This document shows, piece by piece, positions 12,941 through 24,480 of a stretch of DNA of 64,000 bases (its first letter is position 1; each line of letters starts with the position of its first letter). Both the position numbers and the translations under genes were made by a program. The notes under the pieces were generated by a model, which saw only the letters and a program-made list of their open reading frames with translations, had not been told where the DNA came from and did not search any database. Origin of the DNA: Eledone cirrhosa (lineage: Eukaryota); assembly GCA_964016885.1 (NCBI GenBank), contig OZ024743.1:112654001-112718000 (forward strand), given 5' to 3'.

Positions 12941-14019
12941 ATTGCTATAGTAGCGAATGTGGCTATGATAATGGTGGTAATAGCGACGGTGGCTTTAAAT
13001 GTGGTTGTAATAATAGTAGCTGTAGTAATAGTCGTTATGATAGCGGTTATGGCTTTGACAGGGGTGGTAGTAATGGATATAGTTAAGACTGTTGTTTTAG
13101 TAGTGGTAGTAATAGTTGTAATTGCAAGAAGGGCTATGATAGTGGTTGTACTTGTGGTAGTTGGAACGGTGGCTATGATACGGGAGCTAGTGGTGCTGTA
13201 GTTGTTGAATTTGGGAGTTATAGCGACAATGACTATGATACTTGTTGTAGTGGTGGTTGTAAATAGGACACAGTTGTTATGAGAGTAATGAGTTTATTTT
13301 AGGTGACAGCCGTTCTTTGTGTTATTTAGCTTCCTATTTAACCCTGATTGAGCAGGGTTGTTTTCACCAGCCATAACTCTCTGATCCTTCTTTTCTGAGC
13401 CTTACGTGTCTATGACTATATATATTAGCAGTAAGACTAAGATGGCTTGGTTGATAGAGTTATATATGAAATCATATACGATATATCTAAATGCAAGTGT
13501 CTCGCTATGAATTTTTTAAGCTGAGATCTTATCACAGCTATCTCGATAGCTGGTAGCTGTGATGTGATCAAGCATGGAAATGGGGAAAAAAACGTACGTA
13601 TTTGTAAATTCAAACGCGTAGGAAACATGAATTTTAGCTCTTTCATCTTGTCGGTCAGATTATTTCAGATCCTAGCTAAATGGTACATATTATGCAAATC
13701 GAGTGAGATAATTGTTCTCATTACTTTCTTACTTTAGTACAACAGACAGGGATAGAGAAAAAACGCAGAAAAAATAATAAAAACAAAAGCCTTCCATCCA
13801 CGTAGACCAAAACCGGAGCATAAATAAATAAAAAAGCGACAACTAAAGAAATAAATGCTACATAGTGGCGTTTTAACAAAAAGAATTTCCTTCGTTCATC
13901 GTTTGGATTATATAATGTTTGCAATAAAGAAAAAAAGAAATAAGAACTAAAACAGTGAAAGTAACGGATAGAGAAGAGAAACTGCAGACACTATACTATA
14001 GTTTAGGCGGTTTATCGCA

Positions 14020-14445
14020 GGAGCACTCCACGGGAAAAAAAGGCAAAGGCATTTCACGGAGAAAAGAAAGCGGCACCCGCTTTATAAGTGACACCACTTC
14101 ACGAAGATCCTTCATCGAACGGGATGCATTCCACCTAATATTACAGAGAAAAACGGCAGTCCTGGAAGCGAGAACGCCAGGGATTTCAACTGCGATCTGC
14201 ACAAAAAGGAAGTGGTCGATAAATTTCTGGTTTTCGTCTATCTTCCTTTTCACGGCGCTCCTAGAGTCAGTGCCTGGCTTTGTGGCCGAAAGAAGGTTGG
14301 AAGTGGCAAATATGTTACAGCACGTGGTGTCCCAGATTAGAGATTTGCCTCCAGCGAAAGGGAAGAGGTTTATACTGTCTGGGCGCTTAACATCACCTTG
14401 ATCGAGGCCGACAGTCTACAGTTGTGACGGGAAATCGCTTGCATC
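14020..14445 (-). pseudogene. CRE-clade non-LTR retrotransposon 3' fragment (restriction-like endonuclease)
   Basis: FPSQL*TVGLDQGDVKRPDSINLFPFAGGKSLIWDTTC...FLFVQIAVE..GV...DLRE...LR(G)NA matches the RPD..WD.T / P.AVE / RGN pattern of CRE RLE domains; contains stops and frameshifts. Confidence 0.8.
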
Positions 14446-15489
14446 TTGTTTCTTCCCCTTCGCTCTCCCTCTCTCCCCCTTCTCTCTCTCTCCTTCCCCT
14501 ACTCTGTGACAAAGGTTTCATCCGTGCCTCACTTAAAAAATGGTAACCCTTTTATTACGAAGCCATCTGAAACATTTCTGAATACAAAACTGCTTATTTT
14601 CCTTCATAATTCTATTTTTAAAAATGCTGATAAATGATGTTTGAAACAGCTTACTACTGAAACGTTTAGTATTTTTATTAAATTCTAAATTTTTGGTTAT
14701 TTTCAAAATTAATTGAAAGACATACGCAGTATATTTCAGGTTACTGAATCTAAAGGTGCGCAAATAAGTTGAAAGAGTAGGTGACGCGTGGAGCGGTTTT
14801 TCATCCTTTGACCAAGGTATGGTTGACCTGTGTATTGACTAGTTTTTCAAGACTGAAGCCTGAAGTGTAACATCAGGCGGAAATAATTCGTTACTCACGG
14901 CTCAAAGGACGGGTCAACATAACAAAAAGATAAAAAGCAGAAGGTATTAAAAGCGATTTCAAACTCTAACCTGTCCTTATGCCTGTGTGTCAACATGGGT
15001 CAGTGGGTTGCAAGTAGAAATAACATAGAAAATGACATGTGGTCCCTTGGGTATGAATATGGACTTGGAGGTGCTTATGATTCCTCGAGGAACAACAAGA
15101 TGTTATGGAGTTATGTTGCCCCATCATAGACGCGAAAACTAACCCATTGAGACAGATGGGAATGAGGAAAATACTCAGTTATTATATTTAGCCTATTCTC
15201 CGTTATATTTCTAAAGAAAGGCAGTGCCTAAAGCTATTTATTGAGGTAATTATTGAGAATGTTTTAAATCTTTTCACCATCATATACTGTGTGAATGTGT
15301 AGAGTATTTGACACAAACAGGGGTCAACTGCAAGTTAAAATACACACTGCTATGTGATGTGTGCAGATGAAAATATAACAGTAGAAAAGCTTCTCTATAT
15401 ATAAACATTAAAAAAGAATCAAGGAATTAAGGTAAAGTAGAAAATCGGAATAATGGAATTTTAAAATAAATGACATAAAAAAACGCCCT

Positions 15490-17621
15490 ACACACATAAT
15501 AATATATAAAATACACATATATATACACATACATGTATAGACACACATATATACACATACATATACACATACATATATAGACAGACATATATACACATAC
15601 ATATATACACATAGATATACACATACATATACACATACATATACATATATACACATACATATATACACATACATATACACATGCATATATACACATACAT
15701 ATACACATACTTATACACATATATACACATACATATACACATACATATATATACCACTTCACGAAGATCCTTCTCCAAACGGGATCCATTCCACCTAATA
15801 TTACAGAGAAAAACGGCAGTCCAGGAAACGAGAATGCCAGAGGTTTCAACTGCATACATATATATACAGACATATATACACATACATATACACATACATA
15901 TATACACATACATATATACATATATACATATAAATATATACACATACATATATACATATATATGTATATACACAGAAATATATATAGACATACATATACA
16001 CATACATATATACGCATACAATATATACACAGATAATATATATACGCAGACATATATGCACATATATACACATATATACGCATACATATATACACATACA
16101 TATATACACATACGTATATACACATACATATATACACATACATATATACACATATATATATACACACATACATATATACACATATATATACACATACATA
16201 TATACACATACATATATACACAGACATATATACACATACATATATACACATACATATATACACATACATATATACACAGACATATATACACACATATATA
16301 TACACCGACATATATACACATATATATATACGCATATATATACATACATATATACAGATACATATACACATACATATATACACATACATATACACACAGA
16401 CATATATACACAGACATATATGTACACAGCTATACACACATATATACACATACGTGTATACACATACATATATACACATACATATATATATACATATACA
16501 CATACATATTTACACATATATATATAAACTGACATATATACTCATACATATACACATACATATATATACATACATAAATACACATACATATATACACAGA
16601 CATATATACACATATATACAGATACATATATACACAGACATATACACGTACATATATACACATACATATATACACATACACATACACACATACATATATA
16701 TACACATACATATAAACACATACATATATATACATACATATACACACACATATATACACATACATATACATATACACATATACGCATACATATACATATA
16801 CATATATATACATACACATACACATACATATATACACATATATATATACACATATATATACATACATATACACACATACATATGTACACATACATATACA
16901 TACATATATGCACATACATATATACACATGCGTATATACACATACATGTATACACATACATATACACACACACATATAGACATACATATATACACATCCA
17001 CATATATATATACATACATATTACACATATATATATACACATACATATATACATACATATAAACATACATATACACACATATATATATATACATACATAT
17101 ACACATACATATATACATACACATAAACACATACATATACACATGTATATATATACACATACACATATATACATACACATATACACACATATATACACAT
17201 ACATATATACACATACATATATACACATACATATATACACATACATATACACACATACATATATACACATACATACACACATACACATATACACATACAT
17301 ATACACATAGATATACATACACATACATATACACATGTACACATACACATATACACATACATATATACACATACATATATACACATACATATACACACAC
17401 ATATATACACATACATATATACACATACATATATACACATACATATACACATACACATATACATATACATATATACACATACATATATACACCTACAGAT
17501 ATATACATACATATATACATACATATACACATACACACACACATATATACACATATATATACATATATACACATACATATATACACATACATATATACAG
17601 ATATATATACATATATGCACA

Positions 17622-17657
<36 letters not shown>

Positions 17658-17910
17658 CATACATATACACATACACATACACACATACATGTATACATAT
17701 ACTTATATACACATACATATATACACATACATATATATATATATATACATATACACAGACATATTTACACATAACATATATATATACATATATACACATA
17801 TATATACATATATACACATACATATATACACATATATATACATATATACACATACATATATACACATACATATATACGCATACATATATACATACATATA
17901 CACATACAGT
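15490..17910. repeat. (ACAT/AT)n compound microsatellite
   Basis: Direct reading. Confidence 0.95.
15752..15854 (-). mobile_element. ~100-bp second copy of the CRE fragment embedded in microsatellite
   Basis: Aligns to 14093-14193 with roughly 10 substitutions. Confidence 0.85.
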
Positions 17911-18654
17911 GAGATTTATACAACAGCAATAAAGAAATATTACTAGAAAGAAAGAATGGAGTTAGAAGGTGATGAATCAAGAATGAAGAAAAGGAAAGAA
18001 CAAATTTGATGAACGAGAATAATTACCAAAGAAGAAGCAGAAAACACGTGATTTATAGTTCCTTCCTTATTTTTTTCTGAAACAGTTAATTTTTGAATGT
18101 CAATATTTCATAATTATAATTGGTAGTGTCGTCAGCGAATATAGGAATTGGGGTTCTATAATTCCACACTGCCTTGATAAGGTCACAAGTAAATTAATTT
18201 TTATTGTTATTGTTGTTGTTGCTAGTGGTGAAGGTGGAGAAGGAACGATATGGGAGAGGTGGGATAGGGGGGGTGATATAGGAGGAGATGGTAGTGGTGG
18301 TAGTGGTGGTGGTATGGTGGTGGTGGTGGTGGTGGTGGTGGTAGTGGTGGTGGTTTTATATTTTACCCTGATGAAGTTTGTTATCTATTTCCCTACACAC
18401 GCTGCGGACATCATAACTCTTGGAGAGAGATACCTTATTGTCCTGGGGATAAACTGTCACCCGCAGATATGAAGCAAATACGCAAACACTCACACACATG
18501 CACACACACACACGCACACGCACATAGATAAATAAATACACATGCACAAACTCACATAGACACACGAACATACACACATATATATCATATATATACATAT
18601 ATCTATCTATGCATCTATCTATATACATTATACATATATACATATATATATATT

Positions 18655-18704
<50 letters not shown>

Positions 18705-18728
18705 TAAATATATATATATATATTTATT

Positions 18729-18759
<31 letters not shown>

Positions 18760-19012
18760 GTGTGTGTGTTTGTAGATTTATACATGTATATGTATGAGTA
18801 TGTATATGTGTGTGACTGTGTATTTGTTACGGTCATACGTATACGTCTTAATACATACACCCATATCTTCATATATATATATGTATACACACACACACGC
18901 ATATATATATATATATATATACATATGTATATATTTATATATATATATAAATACATATATATATATACATATATATATATATACATATATATAAATACAT
19001 ATATATATATAT

Positions 19013-19176
19013 AAGGGTTAAAATACTGGAGCGTGTTGGAGTTAAACACCCTCTTCGTACTATAGATAATAAAAGGTATAGCTCAATGTAGTTAAACAGA
19101 GCCGAAAAATTAAAATCCATTTTTAATGGATTACATTAAAACGAACAGACACACACATATACATATATATACATAT
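19013..19176 (-). mobile_element. Tail and one arm of an older hairpin element; partner arm at 30186-30247
   Basis: ATCCATTTTTAATGGATTACATTAAAACGAACAGACACACACATATAC from 19115 is the exact reverse complement of the sequence ending at 30247. Confidence 0.8.
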
Positions 19177-19195
19177 ATATATATATATGTATATA

Positions 19196-19276
<81 letters not shown>

Positions 19277-19289
19277 GTATATATATATT

Positions 19290-19416
<127 letters not shown>

Positions 19417-19432
19417 CTATATATATATATAC

Positions 19433-19463
<31 letters not shown>

Positions 19464-19542
19464 AAGGACGTAAAATAAGAAATTATTTTTTTAAAAAAAT
19501 TAAAAAAAAAAAAAAAAAAATTTTTTTCTTACTTAAATTTTC

Positions 19543-19624
19543 ACTCCAACTAATTAGTTTCTGCAATGGGATAAAGACAGTTACGTAATCCAACTGTTGA
19601 GAATTCATTGCGTCATCAGGAAGT
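19543..19624 (-). ncRNA. Hammerhead, inverted unit 1
   Basis: Reverse complement of 20762-20843. Confidence 0.82.
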
Positions 19625-20111
19625 CTATTCTCAGTTAAGTCTCCAGGCAATGCGCGGACACTGGCGGCTCATATAAAAATAATAATAATTCGGTAGATCG
19701 AACAGCTTGCGAGGACTGGATTCTATGTACCGAAATTCTCACTGCTTCAAGTCAAATGGCCGATTCTAAAGAATCAATCACGTGACACAGAGGCTAGTTA
19801 GAAGGAATGGGATGGTAAGATGACTGACGCCTACTAACACCCCAAAAAAAATTTTTTTTAGAAGTGGTTTTGACAAGTTTGCTCGACAAATCAGTGATTT
19901 GGAGATAAATATAGATAATTTAATATATCAACTAACATAAGCGCACAGATGCACGCCCATGCCAGCAAATACACAGGTTATGTCATAGTACCTAGGTGGT
20001 TCAATGCAGGAGAATGCAGAACAATAATATAAAGGACGTAAAATAAGAAAATATTTTTTTAAAAAAATTAAAAAAAAAAAAAAAAAAAATTTTTTTCTTA
20101 CTTAAATTTTC

Positions 20112-20193
20112 ACTCCAACTAATTAGTTTCTGCAATGGGATAAAGACAGTTACGTAATCCAACTGTTGAGAATTCATTGCGTCATCAGGAAGT
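20112..20193 (-). ncRNA. Hammerhead, inverted unit 2
   Basis: Reverse complement of 20762-20843. Confidence 0.82.
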
Positions 20194-20761
20194 CTATTCT
20201 CAGTTAAGTCTCCAGGCAATGCGCGGACACTGGCGGCTCATATAAAAATAATAATAATTCGGTAGATCGAACAGCTTGCGATAAGTAAGAAAAAAATTTT
20301 TTTTTTTTTTTTTTTTAATTTTTTTAAAAAAATATTTTCTTATTTTACGTCCTTTATATTATTGTTCTGCATTCTCCTGCATTGAACCACCTAGGTACTA
20401 TGACATAACCTGTGTATTTGCTGGCATGGGCGTGCATCTGTGCGCTTATGTTAGTTGATATATTAAATTATCTATATTTATCTCCAAATCACTGATTTGT
20501 CGAGCAAACTTGTCAAAACCACTTCTAAAAAAAATTTTTTTTGGGGTGTTAGTAGGCGTCAGTCATCTTACCATCCCATTCCTTCTAACTAGCCTCTGTG
20601 TCACGTGATTGATTCTTTAGAATCGGCCATTTGACTTGAAGCAGTGAGAATTTCGGTACATAGAATCCAGTCCTCGCAAGCTGTTCGATCTACCGAATTA
20701 TTATTATTTTTATATGAGCCGCCAGTGTCCGCGCATTGCCTGGAGACTTAACTGAGAATAG

Positions 20762-20843
20762 ACTTCCTGATGACGCAATGAATTCTCAACAGTTGGATTA
20801 CGTAACTGTCTTTATCCCATTGCAGAAACTAATTAGTTGGAGT
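20762..20843 (+). ncRNA. Type I hammerhead ribozyme with extended stem II
   Basis: Stem I ACTTC/GGAGT; CTGATGA; stem II GCAATG/CATTGC with distal ACAGTT/AACTGT hairpin; GAAA; palindromic CTAATTAG in stem III; GUU triplet at 20836-20838. Confidence 0.82.
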
Positions 20844-21329
20844 GAAAATTTAAGTAAGAAAAAAATTTTTTTTTTTTTTTTTTTAATTTTTTTAAAAAAA
20901 TATTTTCTTATTTTACGTCCTTTATATTATTGTTCTGCATTCTCCTGCATTGAACCACCTAGGTACTATGACATAACCTGTGTATTTGCTGGCATGGGCG
21001 TGCATCTGTGCGCTTATGTTAGTTGATATATTAAATTATCTATATTTATCTCCAAATCACTGATTTGTCGAGCAAACTTGTCAAAACCACTTCTAAAAAA
21101 AATTTTTTTTGGGGTGTTAGTAGGCGTCAGTCATCTTACCATCCCATTCCTTCTAACTAGCCTCTGTGTCACGTGATTGATTCTTTAGAATCGGCCATTT
21201 GACTTGAAGCAGTGAGAATTTCGGTACATAGAATCCAGTCCTCGCAAGCTGTTCGATCTACCGAATTATTATTATTTTTATATGAGCCGCCAGTGTCCGC
21301 GCATTGCCTGGAGACTTAACTGAGAATAG

Positions 21330-21411
21330 ACTTCCTGATGACGCAATGAATTCTCAACAGTTGGATTACGTAACTGTCTTTATCCCATTGCAGAAACTAA
21401 TTAGTTGGAGT
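21330..21411 (+). ncRNA. Hammerhead, next tandem unit
   Basis: Identical to 20762-20843. Confidence 0.82.
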
Positions 21412-21611
21412 GAAAATTTAAGTAAGAAAAAAATTTTTTTTTTTTTTTTAATTTTTTTAAAAAAATATTTTCTTATTTTACGTCCTTTATATTATTGTTC
21501 TGCATTCTCCTGCATTGAACCACCTAGGTACTATGACATAACCTGTGTATTTGCTGGCATGGGCGTGCATCTGTGCGCTTATGTTAGTTGATATATTAAA
21601 TTATCTCTATA

Positions 21612-21665
<54 letters not shown>

Positions 21666-21943
21666 CATATATATACATATATATACAGTTGAGCAGTTGA
21701 AGTATAAGGACGTGTTTTTACTTCTCTCCCCGAGTAAGCAGCAAGTCACACAGCCACAAAACAAAACCACAAAACAAAACCAAACAAACAAAAATTGACC
21801 GGTTAATACATTTACATACATCTATATTATTATATATTTGAAACCACGTGTTTTCCAACTTGTGAGTACATTTTCCTTTAACTACAAATTATTATTATAT
21901 ACTTTCGTCTTTTCATTAATTTAATTAATTTCAAATAACCAGA

Positions 21944-21976
<33 letters not shown>

Positions 21977-22095
21977 CTCATATTTATATATATACTCTTC
22001 TCACTCACACACAAGAAAAACAAAAAACAAAAATAAATAAAAAAAATATATATATATTGAAATACTTAACTAAAATACACACACTCAAAACTAGA

Positions 22096-23250
22096 ATGGC
22101 TAACCAGCAAAAATCCAAACAGAACTGGTCTGATAATGAAATCGACATTCTAATAAACACATGGCATTGCCTTACCCAAACAGAAGACATAGATGCTTCA
22201 TCTCTGAACGACATTGCTAAACGTACAGTTCAATTTTTGAAAACTCGATCTGAACAACAGATTCAAGATGAATTAAAGCAAATCGAAATTGCTTTTAAAT
22301 TAATCAATAAACATTTGGATAAACTACGGTGTGTTTTTTCTTCGAATGCTGTCCAGCAGCAGCAACAACAACAACAGCAGCTACAACGGCAACAACAACA
22401 ACAGCTACAACAACAACATCAACAACAGCAACAACAACAACAACGACAACAACAGTGTGAACCACTCCTTGATTCATCAACAATGGCCGATCTACTAAAT
22501 GAAACTATTGACCTCCCAGTAGCCTCTGTCTCACAGCATGAAACGCCACATCCTTTCTCTGGCCCAGCAGTCCAATCATCACCACTGCCAACATCTTCTC
22601 TGCCTACTACTACTACTACTACTACAACATTTTTGTCTACTGCTATGTCAAGGAATTTACCTTCTAATACCAGAACAAGAACTCTCCCTCCCACAGTCCA
22701 CAAAGGTCGTCAAATCCTACTCAAACCATCATCTACACCTCTCACAACACACACACCCACATACCCACCCACTCGAAACCCCATCATTTGCCGCTACTCT
22801 CTACGCTATAGAATATGTACGGATAGTGGCTGCAAATTCACCCATTTACCTAGGACAAAACGATCTATCCCCACAAACAGCCACCACCATAATACATACT
22901 CTAATTTAACACCAACACAACTACCAATAACTCAAACAAGGAATCCACAAATCTGCCGCTTTTCCCTGCGAGACAGATTGTGTTTAGACCGGGATTGTCC
23001 CTTTACCCATCTCCCGGGGAACCGTCGGACAAATGAAAATAAAATTAAAAATAAAAGCAAAAACAAAAACCATAACCTACATAAAAATAACCACTACCAC
23101 AGTCACCAACAGTCTTCTAAACAGGAAACTTCTTCCTCTTTTTTAGCCATAATGAATCTGGCAAAAGAACTGGAAAAAAACATTCGAGCTATCACCCAGC
23201 ACCACCCTCCACTATCACCCCACTGCACAAACTCCCATTGCTGCCATTAA
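22096..23250 (+). CDS. LINE ORF1: SANT/Myb-like N-terminus, polyQ, two C-x8-C-x4-C-x3-H zinc fingers
   Basis: ATG at 22096; WSDNEIDILINTW...RSEQQIQDELK; CRYSLRYRICTDSGCKFTH (22789-22845) and CRFSLRDRLCLDRDCPFTH (22954-23010). Confidence 0.8.
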   Translation: MANQQKSKQNWSDNEIDILINTWHCLTQTEDIDASSLNDIAKRTVQFLKTRSEQQIQDELKQIEIAFKLINKHLDKLRCVFSSNAVQQQQQQQQQLQRQQQQQLQQQHQQQQQQQQRQQQCEPLLDSSTMADLLNETIDLPVASVSQHETPHPFSGPAVQSSPLPTSSLPTTTTTTTTFLSTAMSRNLPSNTRTRTLPPTVHKGRQILLKPSSTPLTTHTPTYPPTRNPIICRYSLRYRICTDSGCKFTHLPRTKRSIPTNSHHHNTYSNLTPTQLPITQTRNPQICRFSLRDRLCLDRDCPFTHLPGNRRTNENKIKNKSKNKNHNLHKNNHYHSHQQSSKQETSSSFLAIMNLAKELEKNIRAITQHHPPLSPHCTNSHCCH

Positions 23251-24480
23251 CAAACAAACAAATTAACAACACACCAAAACAATTAAAACCATCCACTCTC
23301 GCCTCTACATTTTTGCTTAACGCCCAAGGCATCAGCCCTTCCACCAATACTCAAAAATGGAAGATCAAATTCCTGGAGGACTGGATTGATGTCCATCCAA
23401 ACCACATCCCCTTCTTCGTCCTCACTGAAACCCATCTCAGTAACCTCCACTTGGAAGCCGAGGTGAAAGTGAAAAATTTCAAAGCCATCCGTGCTGATCG
23501 CGCTGGCAGAAGAAAGGGCGGAACTGCCATTTATGTCCATAATTCTTTCTCAACAGAGGCTATGAACATATTCACTAATGGATACTGTGAAGCAGTCACT
23601 CTATTCAGTCAAACCAACAACCTATTAGTAGTTGGGCTCTATAGGCCACCCCAAACGCCTGTACCATGCTTCAAGGAATGCCTCAACAGCATAAAGTGTT
23701 TCATCCAAGAGTGTCACCCTGACAACATCTTAATGATGGGGGACTTCAACCTCCCCGGAGTTGACTGGTCCACAAACAGCCTGCCACCAGGTTCTTCTGC
23801 CTCAACCTCTGACAGGGAAGCAGTGGAATCGTTTCTTGACTTCATGGATGATTTTTTCCTATCCCAACTGGTGCTCGAACCAACGAGGTGCCACAAAAAC
23901 GTCCTAGACTTAATTTTCAGCAATCACACTGACAATATCCACAATATTGCAGTGAAGAAAACTCTACTCTCTGATCATGACATGGTTCTCTGTGATCTGA
24001 GATTCCGTCCAATATACAAACCCAATGTCATCTCTCCTGTCCATCCGTTTGACGCTATGGATTTCCACAATGCAAACTGGGAAGCGATCAGTCATGATCT
24101 TGCACATGTCGACTGGTCCTTCACGCACACTCATACACCCACTAACATCAAAAAGTACTGGCAGACATTTGTGGACACTGTTACAAACATATGTGCTAAA
24201 CACACCCCATTAAGAACTATAAACAAATCTAAGAGCAGAATCCCTAGAAATAGAAAAACGCTCATCAGAAAAATTAAGAGAACGAACAAAAAAATCAACA
24301 AGCTGAAATACTGTCAGCAGCAACACATCAACTTGACTGCCATTTCATCACTAGAGATTAAAAAACATAACCTCCAAAACAACATAATGTCCCTCATCAA
24401 CAATCAGAGAAGAGCTGAAGAGGCCTGGGCCATTGAGAAGATCAAACTCAATCCCAAAGTGTTCTTTTCATTTGCAAAAA
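23121..24480 (+). CDS. LINE ORF2 N-terminal part: APE endonuclease (frame open from 23121)
   Basis: LLNAQG, LTETHL, DR...KGG, LYRPP, MGDFNLP, PTR..NVLDLIF, SDHDMV. Confidence 0.92.

Larger units (their letters stand above)
19461..21606 (+). mobile_element. Retrozyme-like non-coding element: ~568-bp unit, ~1.45 inverted copies (19461-20281) plus ~2.3 direct copies (20282-21606)
   Basis: Units identical except for poly-T length and isolated substitutions; one hammerhead per unit; no credible ORF; (TA)n flanks; ~115-nt tail beyond the arm end point. Confidence 0.85.

Noticed and set aside
18365-18480. CTGATGA motif as a possible hammerhead
   Set aside because: No properly placed GAAA or stem III could be found.
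20736-21026. 96-aa ORF in the 568-bp unit
   Set aside because: TTG start, crosses a poly-T run whose length changes frame between copies, and has no recognisable domain.
21686-21714. Jockey-type internal promoter (CAGTT initiator plus GGACGTG DPE)
   Set aside because: The DPE-like motif is at about +22 rather than +28; spacing does not fit, so it is not called.
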